From the NCBI GenBank assembly GCA_964457065.1, contig CAYWDQ010000005.1, positions 41 to 64,040 of the forward strand: DNA of 64,000 bases. Direction: 5' to 3'. Shown in pieces: positions 17,803-26,064 of this stretch. A program made the translations under genes and the position numbers. This stretch comes from an uncultured Acidimicrobiaceae bacterium. Its GTDB lineage: Bacteria; Actinomycetota; Acidimicrobiia; Acidimicrobiales; RAAP-2. How positions within the stretch are numbered: position 1 is the first letter of the stretch; each line of letters opens with the position of its first letter. The notes under the pieces are model-generated. The model was given only the letters and a program-made list of their open reading frames with translations, did no database searches and was not told where the DNA came from.

Positions 17803-18441
17803 GTGACGATCAACCAACCCAGAGTGGAGGCTCGCCACAGGAGTTCACGGGGATATGCGGCAAAATCGTCAGCAGACGATGCAGAGCTCATTGAGGTTGT
17901 GGCACAAGCTCGAGCCGGGGCGAATGGGGCCTGGGAGGCCCTGATCGAGCGGTTCGGAGGATTGGTGGCGGCAATCGCCAGGCGGTGCCGGTTGAGTGAC
18001 GCCGACGTGGCGGAGGTGTCGCAAACGACCTGGCTGCGCCTGGTGGAGAACCTGGACCGCATCGAACAGCCCGAGCGTCTCGGTGCGTGGCTGGCGACCA
18101 CCTCGCGGCGCGAGAGCCTGAGGATCGCCACACGTCGCGCTCTGGTTTCTCCGAGCGAGGCGGTCTACCTCATGGCCGACGACGAGGCCGATCCCCTCGA
18201 TGCCTCCCTCTTGAGGGAGGAGCAGGCGCTGGTGATAAGGGCGGCAACCGAACGGCTGCCGCCGCATTGCCAGCGTCTCCTTGGCGTGTTGATGGGGGAC
18301 GACGATCTCCCGTACAAGATGATCGCCGAGCAGCTGAACATGCCGATTGGGAGCATCGGGCCGACGAGGGGCCGCTGTCTCGAACACCTCCGCCAGATAT
18401 TGGCCGAGATGGAGCTGAGCCAGATTCCCGTTCACGGTTAG
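17803..18441 (+). CDS. ECF-type sigma-70 family RNA polymerase sigma factor
   Basis: Region 2: AWEALIERFGGLVAAIARRCRLSDADVAEVSQTTWLRLVENLD. Region 4 HTH: YKMIAEQLNMPIGSIGPTRGRCLEHLRQIL. Start set at GTG 17803, preceded by AGGAGG (17788..17793). The ORF itself opens at 17731. Confidence 0.85.
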   Translation: MTINQPRVEARHRSSRGYAAKSSADDAELIEVVAQARAGANGAWEALIERFGGLVAAIARRCRLSDADVAEVSQTTWLRLVENLDRIEQPERLGAWLATTSRRESLRIATRRALVSPSEAVYLMADDEADPLDASLLREEQALVIRAATERLPPHCQRLLGVLMGDDDLPYKMIAEQLNMPIGSIGPTRGRCLEHLRQILAEMELSQIPVHG

Positions 18442-18558
18442 CAGGCGCGGATGTCGGTTGTCCGACGCAGCGAATCATCGTTGTCCGAAGGGGCACCATC
18501 AGGGGCGGTGGTTCGATGGCTGCATGCAGCAGGGCGGAGCCGTGGTGCTGATGCGCCA

Positions 18559-19737
18559 TCACGCGCGCAGAGCCTCCGCGTCCACCCATCTGCCGCCCGA
18601 ACCCTCGACTGCGGGATAGGCCCTCCTGACCTCGGTCAGCAGGTCCGGCACGAACAGGAGCACGGCCTGCGGGGGTTGCAGGGCGAGATCCGCGGGGCCG
18701 ATGATCGGAATGTCCGTTCCCGGCATGCGGAGCCCGTGTTTGGCTGGCGAGGTGTCGACAATTCCAGGCAGCAGTCCTCGATCCACCCCGGCACCACAGA
18801 GGAGTGCGACTGCGCGGGAAGCGGCGCCGTAGCCGAGCACGCTTCTTCCCGCGACTCGCTGCGCGAGGAGCCACTCGCGCAATCCCCGGGCGTGGGCTTT
18901 CGCATGATCCTGCAGGCTTTCGACAACCGCAGGGTCGCGAACTCCCAGTTGGGCGTCTTCGGCCAGGAGTGCGTGCACTGAGCCGTCGGGCGCTACGCCT
19001 GCCTCATGCTCCCGGCAGGCCGCCAGCAGCACCGTGCCACCGTAGAGGTCGAAGAGCCACGCAGCCCGAGCACAGAAGCCGTTGGCTTCCAGCATGCCCA
19101 CCAGAGCGCTCGTCGAGTAGTACGCGAAGTGCCCGTGCCGGAGCGCGTTCCACTGGCCCAGGCTGACGATCGTGTTCAGCGAGTGGTACTGCAGCAAGAG
19201 GGTGCCCCCGGGGGCGACCTGGGCCGCCCGCCTCCAAAGGGCCGCACGCTGATCCGCGTCGTGCATCATGCCGAAAGAGTCGATCACGAGGTCTGCAGGC
19301 CCGCCGTCGGTCACCGGGGCGACGCCTCGGTCGGCCAGCAGGCCCAGCCACGAGCCGCCATGGGGACTGGGGAACTCGGTTGCCCGGCTCCGGCCTGCGA
19401 GCCACCCCGCTCCGGCGAGGCGTTCCACGGCCTCGGCGGCCTGTGCGACGAGCGCATCGGGCTCAACGCCTCGCGGCTCCTCGGCGGCGATGGGTTCGCC
19501 GACCAGCTGCGCCAGGCCGCATGACGAGCACAGCCACATCTGTAGCGGATAGCCGGGGTCGGGGCCTGGGTCGTCGGACCCGGGAAAATGGTCGCAGGCC
19601 GGCAGTTTGCCCAGGTCGAGCACCAAATGACCAGATCGCCCAGAGCACGAGCGACAGGCCGGACCACTCGCCACGGCCTCCTCTCGACCGGTGCGCCGGC
19701 CGGACTGCCCTCGCGTCGCCGCACCTGCGTCAGCCAT
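18559..19737 (-). CDS. TylCIII-like NDP-hexose C-methyltransferase paralogue (divergent SAM motif)
   Basis: N-terminal Cys4 zinc ribbon: ACRSCSG...LCSSCGLAQLV. Conserved core HGHFAYYS, plus a C-terminal C-methyltransferase-type domain (VLGYGAASRAVALL...GTDIPIIGP). Start set at ATG 19737; ATG 19749 is also possible. Confidence 0.75.
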   Translation of the reverse strand: MADAGAATRGQSGRRTGREEAVASGPACRSCSGRSGHLVLDLGKLPACDHFPGSDDPGPDPGYPLQMWLCSSCGLAQLVGEPIAAEEPRGVEPDALVAQAAEAVERLAGAGWLAGRSRATEFPSPHGGSWLGLLADRGVAPVTDGGPADLVIDSFGMMHDADQRAALWRRAAQVAPGGTLLLQYHSLNTIVSLGQWNALRHGHFAYYSTSALVGMLEANGFCARAAWLFDLYGGTVLLAACREHEAGVAPDGSVHALLAEDAQLGVRDPAVVESLQDHAKAHARGLREWLLAQRVAGRSVLGYGAASRAVALLCGAGVDRGLLPGIVDTSPAKHGLRMPGTDIPIIGPADLALQPPQAVLLFVPDLLTEVRRAYPAVEGSGGRWVDAEALRA

Positions 19738-19953
19738 AGGGACGCCCATCCACCTCGAACAGAGCGACTCCTCGTACGGGTGATACCGGGCGGAAGTGAA
19801 GTGTGGGACCGGGGGTGCCCCCCGAGCGTCGCCACGCCCCCGCCAGCCGATACGCCAACGGCTGAACCTCTCCTCTTGGGCCCGCGCCCCGCGTATCAAG
19901 GAGCAGGTCCGCATCTCTTTTCCTTCGTTCGCTACCGGTCAGATCGAGGCCTC

Positions 19954-21186
19954 ATGTCGTCCCAGTGTTTCTGCCGCTTATGCGGAGCGCGCCTCACCCA
20001 CACGTTTGTCGATCTGGGCATGTCCCCGCTGTGCGAAAGCTACGTCGCGGCGGACGCGCTCGACCAACCCGAGATCTTCTACCCCTTGCACGTGCGTCAG
20101 TGCTCGTCCTGCCTCCTTGTGCAGCTGCCGGCGTACGTATCGGGTGAGGAGATCTTCTCTGACTACGCATACTTCTCGTCGTACTCGGACTCATGGGTGG
20201 CCCACGCCAAGAGGTTCGCGGACACCATGATCGACAAGCTCGGTCTTGGAGCGGACGGACTGGTGACCGAGGTGGCAAGCAATGACGGGTACCTCCTGCA
20301 GCACTTCATGGCACGCGGTATCCCCGTCCTGGGTGTCGAGCCGGCGAAGAACGTGGCCGAGGTGGCCCAATCGCTCGGTATACCCACGGTGGTGCAGTTC
20401 CTGGGAGCGACGACCGGTAGCGATATCGCCGACCACCGAGGGCGAGCCGATCTGGTCGTCGCCAACAACGTCTTCGCGCACGTTCCCGACATCCGGGACT
20501 TCGCCGTGGGTCTACGTGCACTCGTGAAGGACACCGGTGTGGTCACGCTCGAGTTCCCCCACCTCCTTCGCCTGATGCAGCGGCGTCAATTCGACACGAT
20601 CTATCACGAGCACTACTCGTACCTCTCGCTCCTCACCGCCTCCCGAGCACTTGCCACTGCGGGCCTGCGGGTGGTCGATGTGGAAGAGCTCGACACCCAT
20701 GGGGGCTCGCTCCGCGTCTATGCGCGTCCTGAGGAGTACCCGGGCGAGCCCACCGAACGAGTGAAAGCAATTCTCGACGAGGAAGACCTCACCGGTTTGC
20801 ACACACTCTCCGGCCATGCCGGATTTGCAGGGGAGGTCCTGAAGATCAAGAGCGACCTCCTTGGCTTCTTGATCAGCGCGGCGAACGAGGGTCGGTCAGT
20901 GGCCGGCTACGGCGCACCCGGCAAGGGCAATACCCTCCTCAATCATTGCGGCATTCGCGAGGACCTTCTTCAGTACACAGTGGACCGCAGTCCCTTCAAG
21001 CAAGGGAAGTTCCTACCGGGTACGCATATCCCCATTCATGCGCCTGATCGTCTGGCCGAGACTCGACCGGACTACATCCTTGTCCTGCCCTGGAACCTGA
21101 AGGACGAAATCAGTCAGCAGCTCGCCTATGTCCGCTCGTGGGAAGCCCGACTGGTATTCCCAATTCCGGAGCTCGACATCGTTTGA
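19954..21186 (+). CDS. NDP-hexose C-methyltransferase (TylCIII-like, class I SAM-dependent)
   Basis: Zinc ribbon CRLCGA...CSSCLLVQLP. SAM motif VTEVASNDGYLL. Core HEHYSYLS. C-terminal domain VAGYGAPGKGNTLL...GTHIPIHAP. Start at ATG 19954, 122 codons inside the track ORF. Confidence 0.85.
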   Translation: MSSQCFCRLCGARLTHTFVDLGMSPLCESYVAADALDQPEIFYPLHVRQCSSCLLVQLPAYVSGEEIFSDYAYFSSYSDSWVAHAKRFADTMIDKLGLGADGLVTEVASNDGYLLQHFMARGIPVLGVEPAKNVAEVAQSLGIPTVVQFLGATTGSDIADHRGRADLVVANNVFAHVPDIRDFAVGLRALVKDTGVVTLEFPHLLRLMQRRQFDTIYHEHYSYLSLLTASRALATAGLRVVDVEELDTHGGSLRVYARPEEYPGEPTERVKAILDEEDLTGLHTLSGHAGFAGEVLKIKSDLLGFLISAANEGRSVAGYGAPGKGNTLLNHCGIREDLLQYTVDRSPFKQGKFLPGTHIPIHAPDRLAETRPDYILVLPWNLKDEISQQLAYVRSWEARLVFPIPELDIV

Positions 21187-21200
21187 GGGAGGTGTGAGTC

Positions 21201-22055
21201 GTGAAGGTGGTTCTCTTCTGCGGTGGGCTCGGGATGCGGATGCGTGATGGTGTCACGACCGGGCCCAAGCCCATGGCCCTGGTCGGAGAGCGCCCGCTGC
21301 TGTGGCACGTGATGCGCTACTACGCTCATTTCGGGCACACGGATTTCGTTCTCTGTCTCGGATATGGCGCATCTGCCGTGAAGGATTTCTTCCTCAACTA
21401 TGACGAGACCCGCTCCAACGACTTCGTACTGGAGGGGGGCGCCCGAGACCTGACGCTGTTCCGGACCGACATATCCGACTGGCGGATCACCTTCGTGGAT
21501 ACCGGTTTGAATTCGCCCATCGGAGAGCGGTTGCGCCGAGTCCGGCGCCATCTCGATGACGAACCCATGTTCATGGCGAACTACGCAGATGTCCTCACAG
21601 ACGCCCCGCTGCCGGACATGATCGAGCGCTTCACCGCGAGCAACGCGGTGGCGAGTCTGTTGGCCGTCCCGCCCCAATCCTCCCACCACGCCGTGGATAT
21701 CGGCGATGACGGCCTTATCCTCGGTGTGACGCCAATGCGCGATCTGCGTCATTGGGAAAACGGTGGCTACTTCGTATTCCGCCCGGAGATCTTCGACGAG
21801 CTCGGCGAGGACGAAGATCTCGTCGAGGACGCGCTCGTCCGGCTGGTTCGTCGAGGTCGGGTCATTGCCTACCCGTACAAGGGGTACTGGTCGCCCGCGG
21901 ACACCGTCAAGGAGCGGATACAGCTCGACGAGCGGTACCAGCGCGCCGACTGCCCGTGGATGATCTGGGACCCCGAGCGCGTGGGGCTCGACGCCTCTGC
22001 CGGTCCCGTTCCCGCTCAGAGCGCTTTGTCGGCATCCCTCCCCGTGGAGCGCTGA
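21201..22055 (+). CDS. rfbF: Glucose-1-phosphate cytidylyltransferase
   Basis: MKVVLFCGGLGMRMRD...GPKPMALVGERPLLWHVMRYYAHFGHTDFVLCLGYG. GTG start preceded by GGGAGG. Confidence 0.9.
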   Translation: MKVVLFCGGLGMRMRDGVTTGPKPMALVGERPLLWHVMRYYAHFGHTDFVLCLGYGASAVKDFFLNYDETRSNDFVLEGGARDLTLFRTDISDWRITFVDTGLNSPIGERLRRVRRHLDDEPMFMANYADVLTDAPLPDMIERFTASNAVASLLAVPPQSSHHAVDIGDDGLILGVTPMRDLRHWENGGYFVFRPEIFDELGEDEDLVEDALVRLVRRGRVIAYPYKGYWSPADTVKERIQLDERYQRADCPWMIWDPERVGLDASAGPVPAQSALSASLPVER

Positions 22056-22063
22056 CCTCGGTC

Positions 22064-22783
22064 GTGCTTCCCCTGCATCTCAAGCTGCCGGACGAACGAC
22101 CCTTGTCCGTGTTGGCCATCGGCGCCCACCCCGATGATATCGAGATCGGGGCCGGAGGAACTCTGCTCACCCTCGCCGAGAGCCGGCCGGGTCTGCGCGC
22201 TCGCTATGTGGTTCTCACCGGAGCTGAGGAACGCCATGCCGAGGCCCGCAACGCTGCTGCCGCCTTCCTTCCCGGAGCCGACCTGACCGTCGAGCTGCAC
22301 TCCCTGCCGGAAGGCCGGCTTCCTGCGGTGTGGGATCGCGTGAAGGACATCCTGGAGGAGGTGGCGTACACGTGGGCGCCCGACCTCATCCTCGCACCTT
22401 CTTGCGACGATGCCCATCAGGATCACCGGACGATCGGCGAGGTGGTGCCGACGGTGTTTCGAAATCAACTCTCCTTGTCGTACGAGATTCCGAAGTGGGA
22501 CGGCGATCTCGGACGCCCGTCGGTCTACTTTCCGCTCACGTCCGACGTGGCGCACCGCAAGGTCGAGCAACTGCACAAGTGCTTCCCCTCCCAGGCCGGC
22601 CGCGACTGGTGGGACGACGAGGTCTTCCTGGGGTTGGCCCGGCTTCGCGGCATGGAGTCCCGAGCGCCCTACTCGGAGGGCTTCAGCTGCACGAAGTCCG
22701 TGATCGCGCTGTCGCTCTCGCACAATCCGTGGGAAGGACAAGGTGATGTGAGCGTCGTCGCCGCGGGAGCGTTCGGAGCATGA
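22064..22783 (+). CDS. PIG-L/LmbE-family deacetylase
   Basis: LAIGAHPDDIEIGAGG and DDAHQDH metal-binding motifs. Start set at GTG 22064, just after the rfbF stop; the ORF opens far upstream inside rfbF. Confidence 0.8.
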   Translation: MLPLHLKLPDERPLSVLAIGAHPDDIEIGAGGTLLTLAESRPGLRARYVVLTGAEERHAEARNAAAAFLPGADLTVELHSLPEGRLPAVWDRVKDILEEVAYTWAPDLILAPSCDDAHQDHRTIGEVVPTVFRNQLSLSYEIPKWDGDLGRPSVYFPLTSDVAHRKVEQLHKCFPSQAGRDWWDDEVFLGLARLRGMESRAPYSEGFSCTKSVIALSLSHNPWEGQGDVSVVAAGAFGA

Positions 22784-23706
22784 CCCTCTTCGTCGACCCC
22801 GGCGTACCAGCTCCGCTCCTACGGCAGAGCATCTACGACGGGGACCTGGTCGTCTTCACGAACCTGCCATCGGTCACGCGGTTCGTCGACTACACGCGGG
22901 AGCAGCTCGCCGAACTTTTCAGCCCCTACGACCCGGAGTGTGCGCACGAGCACATTGAGAAGGCGGAGATGGCGCAGCTGCTCGGCTCCTGGAAGCCACG
23001 GTTCATTCATTCTCCCAGGTCGAAGGACTTGGTCTGCAGCATCATCCGGGAAGCCGGTTTCAGCTCCGAAGGGACACACTATGACGTGCCCAAGCCTCGC
23101 ACGTCCTTTCCCGTGGGTCACCTGAACACAGGGATTGCCTACGCCTTTCCGTGGCACAGGGACGTCTGGTACGGGGCACCCGCGCAGCAGATCAACTGGT
23201 GGCTTCCAGTGTTCGCCGTTCGTGACGACAATTCCATGCGTTTCGATCTCCAGAAATTTGATCGAGCCGTCACGAACAGCTCCAGTGAGTTCGACTACTA
23301 CCGGAACAACACCGCTCGCCTGAAGACGGCTTCCCAAATTTCGGACGAACGGCAGGTTCGACCTGCAGCCTTGAACCACACGCCGGTCGACGAGCTCGTG
23401 GTGATTCCCGCACCGGGGGCGGTGATGCTGTTCTCGGGGGCTCAGCTGCATGCATCAATCCCGAACACCTCGGGCAGAGCCCGCTTCAGCGTCGATTTCC
23501 GGACGGTCGACGTGGCCGAGCTGTCCGCGGGCCGCGGTGCCCCACTGGTGGACACCGACTGCACGGGAACCGCCATTCGGGACTTCCGCAGGGTGGCAGA
23601 CGGCGCAGCGTTCGACGAGGACTTCGTCATCGGACTGTTCGGGATACCTCCCAGCGGATCCACGCTTGTGTTCGCGCAGCCTGCTGAAGAGGATCTTCGT
23701 GTCTGA
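22780..23706 (+). CDS. PhyH-family Fe(II)/2-oxoglutarate-dependent dioxygenase
   Basis: FPWHRDVWYG (H-x-D) and the distal QLHASIPNTSGRARFSV pattern typical of phytanoyl-CoA-dioxygenase-like cupins. The ATG overlaps the upstream stop (ATGA). Confidence 0.6.
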   Translation: MTLFVDPGVPAPLLRQSIYDGDLVVFTNLPSVTRFVDYTREQLAELFSPYDPECAHEHIEKAEMAQLLGSWKPRFIHSPRSKDLVCSIIREAGFSSEGTHYDVPKPRTSFPVGHLNTGIAYAFPWHRDVWYGAPAQQINWWLPVFAVRDDNSMRFDLQKFDRAVTNSSSEFDYYRNNTARLKTASQISDERQVRPAALNHTPVDELVVIPAPGAVMLFSGAQLHASIPNTSGRARFSVDFRTVDVAELSAGRGAPLVDTDCTGTAIRDFRRVADGAAFDEDFVIGLFGIPPSGSTLVFAQPAEEDLRV

Positions 23707-23807
23707 GAGCCACGACACCGGGCCGCGTCGGCTCACGGCCGTGGTGGCCGGCCGGGAAAGGGAGTCCGCGTGATCGAAGGCACTTGCGGGCGTGCTCACC
23801 GAAGGGG

Positions 23808-24362
23808 ATGCTCGAGGTGAGGGTCGATGCTGTTCCCAGAATTGCTGGTGCGATGATGTTCGTTCCGACGCCACATACCGACGAACGCGGGTTCTTTTGC
23901 CGCACCTTCGACATTGATGTCGTGCGCGCGGCCGGCATCGATCCCTCCAGCTTCACTCAGGACAGCGTGTCGCGGTCTTCGCGGGGCGTGGTGCGGGGTC
24001 TGCATGTACGGGGCGGCGACGGGGAGGCGAAGTTGGTCCGTTGCTCGTATGGCGTTATTTTCGACGTCATCGTCGACCTGCGGCCGTCGTCACCCACGTA
24101 CGGCAACTGGGAGAGCTTCGAGCTTCGTGGCGACACGCAGGCGTCCCTCTACGTTCCGGCGGGGTGTGCGCACGGATTTCAGGCTCTCACGGAGCCGGCG
24201 GACGTCTCCTATCGCATCGACCGCCCCCACGACCCAACGGAGGACGTCTCTATCGCATTCGACGATCCCGCTCTGGCCATTTCGTGGCCACTCCCGGTGA
24301 CGGCGATGTCGCAGCGCGACCGGCTCGCACCGCCGCTCTCGGCCGTGGCGCAGCCGCTCTGA
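23808..24362 (+). CDS. RmlC-like NDP-4-keto-6-deoxyhexose 3,5-(or 3-/5-)epimerase
   Basis: FVPTPHTDERGFFCRTFD...SRGVVRGLHV...KLVRCSYGVIFDVIVDLR...LYVPAGCAHGFQAL...YRID. Start set at ATG 23808. Confidence 0.85.
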   Translation: MLEVRVDAVPRIAGAMMFVPTPHTDERGFFCRTFDIDVVRAAGIDPSSFTQDSVSRSSRGVVRGLHVRGGDGEAKLVRCSYGVIFDVIVDLRPSSPTYGNWESFELRGDTQASLYVPAGCAHGFQALTEPADVSYRIDRPHDPTEDVSIAFDDPALAISWPLPVTAMSQRDRLAPPLSAVAQPL

Positions 24363-24368
24363 CGTTCG

Positions 24369-25421
24369 TCAGGCGCCAGGGACCGGTTGCGCGGCGGGCT
24401 GGCGCCGCAGCATCTCGTCGATGAGGCCCGCGGAGAGCAGTTCTTGAATCCGCCGAAGTCGAACATAGGTCGACGAGGTGAAGTCGTCCTGCGTGAAGTC
24501 GTAGTCGGTGTACGCCTGGACCAGCTCGTCCACCCCTGCAGGCACGTGCCAACGAAGAGTGAGCTCCGGAAAGGTTTCAGCCAGCTTCGAGAAGTCGACG
24601 CGATAGTCACGCAGATCCGGCCCGGCGTCGGCGGCGAGCGACACGGTCGACCCGGGGACCGCCTCCCGGACCATCTCTGCGATGTCACGAACTTGCACGT
24701 TGTCCTCCGCGCGCCCGACGTTGAACGCCTCGTCGTGCACGACCTCGCGCGGCGCCTCGAGCACGGCCAGGAACGAGCGGGAGATGTCCTCCACGTGCAC
24801 CAATGGTCGCCAGGGCGACCCGTCACTCTCGAGGGAAACCCGGCCCGTCGTCATCGCCACGGCAGTCAAGTTGTTCACGACGATATCGAGGCGCAGCCGT
24901 GGCGAGAATCCGTATGCGGTGGCGTTGCGGAGATAGGTGGGACTGAACGAATCGTCGGCGAGGTGAGAGAGCCCACGTTCGGCCAAGACCTTCGTCTCTC
25001 CGTACGGAGTGACCGGGAACAGCTCCGCTTCCTCGGTAACGGCGTCCGAGCCGGCAGCACCGTAGAGGCTGCACGACGACGCGAACAAGAAGCGTCCCAC
25101 GCCGGCCTTCTTGGCCGCCTCGCCGAGACGCAGAGTCCCTTCGAGGTTGATGGAGTAGGTCGCTGAAGGGTTCAGGTGGCCGACCGGGTCGTTGGACAGG
25201 GCGGCCAGGCACACCACGGCGTCGTAGCCGGCGCAGTGCCGGGGCTCGACGTCCCTCATGTCGATCCTGGGGCGAAGCCCGATGTCCTCCGGTCCCGGGC
25301 CGAGATCGCAACCTTCGTAGAGGCCCAGGTCGAGACCTTCCACCGTGTGCCCGGCGGCCCGCAAGAACGGAACGAGGACAGCCCCGATGTAGCCGCGATC
25401 ACCTGCGACGAGAACCTTCAA
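24369..25421 (-). CDS. Extended-SDR NAD-dependent epimerase/dehydratase/reductase
   Basis: VLVAGDRGYIGAVLV (GxxGxxG), SSCSLYG and YGETK (YxxxK). Start set at TTG 25421 (LKVLVAG); the ORF opens at 25493. It converges on the epimerase gene with a 6-nt gap. Confidence 0.8.
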   Translation of the reverse strand: MKVLVAGDRGYIGAVLVPFLRAAGHTVEGLDLGLYEGCDLGPGPEDIGLRPRIDMRDVEPRHCAGYDAVVCLAALSNDPVGHLNPSATYSINLEGTLRLGEAAKKAGVGRFLFASSCSLYGAAGSDAVTEEAELFPVTPYGETKVLAERGLSHLADDSFSPTYLRNATAYGFSPRLRLDIVVNNLTAVAMTTGRVSLESDGSPWRPLVHVEDISRSFLAVLEAPREVVHDEAFNVGRAEDNVQVRDIAEMVREAVPGSTVSLAADAGPDLRDYRVDFSKLAETFPELTLRWHVPAGVDELVQAYTDYDFTQDDFTSSTYVRLRRIQELLSAGLIDEMLRRQPAAQPVPGA

Positions 25422-25601
25422 TGCGAGTAGCCCCTTGCGATCATCTCGAGGTCGGACGAGCAGCACCGCCGCCCGCTGACAATTGGAGTGCAATGAGGCG
25501 CCGTTGATACGCGGTGGCTACGGGGCGGTGCTGGCGCAGGGAGTGGTGGACCTCACGTTGCCCGCCAAGTGGTACAGAGTTGCGTGGCGGATAATGGAGA
25601 G

Positions 25602-26051
25602 GTGCCGAACTACGAAAAGTCCGCGGGCAGCGGGCGGCGGGGTCCGCTTCGGGGCACGAAACTGGTGGAGATTGCAATCCCCACTTGCCTGGTGCTCGTC
25701 ATCTCCATCCCGGTGATGATCGTGGAGGAAGATTGGCATGGCCGCCCGATGATCGACCAGGGGACTCACCTCTGGATACTTCCGGCGATCCTCGTGGCGG
25801 CGGCCTTTCTCTTCGGCGGTGCGCTCGCCGGGTTCCGCTGTCCGTCCAGTGCCGTGGCTCATGCGGTCGTTGCGGGAACCGTCGCCCTGGCCGTGCTGGT
25901 TCTCGGCGCGATGTACCGCAGGCTCTGGTTCGCACACGAGAGCGTCCCGCACCCAGTCATTCGCCTCTGGTGCCTCGCAATCGTGGGCGCCTTCATACTG
26001 AGCGTGATCGGCTCGTTGTTCGGTCGCCGGTTGGGGGCCGAAAGGTTCTAG
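25602..26051 (+). CDS. Small integral membrane protein (about 4 TM), unknown function
   Basis: Hydrophobic segments: IAIPTCLVLVISIPVMIV, LWILPAILVAAAFLFGGALAGF, AVVAGTVALAVLVLGAMY and LWCLAIVGAFILSVIGSLF. GTG 25602 follows GGAGAGG. Confidence 0.5.
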   Translation: MPNYEKSAGSGRRGPLRGTKLVEIAIPTCLVLVISIPVMIVEEDWHGRPMIDQGTHLWILPAILVAAAFLFGGALAGFRCPSSAVAHAVVAGTVALAVLVLGAMYRRLWFAHESVPHPVIRLWCLAIVGAFILSVIGSLFGRRLGAERF

Positions 26052-26064
26052 CCGTGCTCGAGAC

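Noticed and set aside
18451-18981. ORF immediately downstream of the ECF sigma gene, considered as a possible anti-sigma factor
   Set aside because: It has no TM helix and no HxxxCxxC zinc-binding anti-sigma motif. Most of it overlaps the C-methyltransferase coding region on the opposite strand.
19588-19953. 122-codon N-terminal extension of the plus-strand C-methyltransferase ORF
   Set aside because: It overlaps the start of the divergent methyltransferase and the shared control region. The zinc-ribbon domain begins right after ATG 19954.
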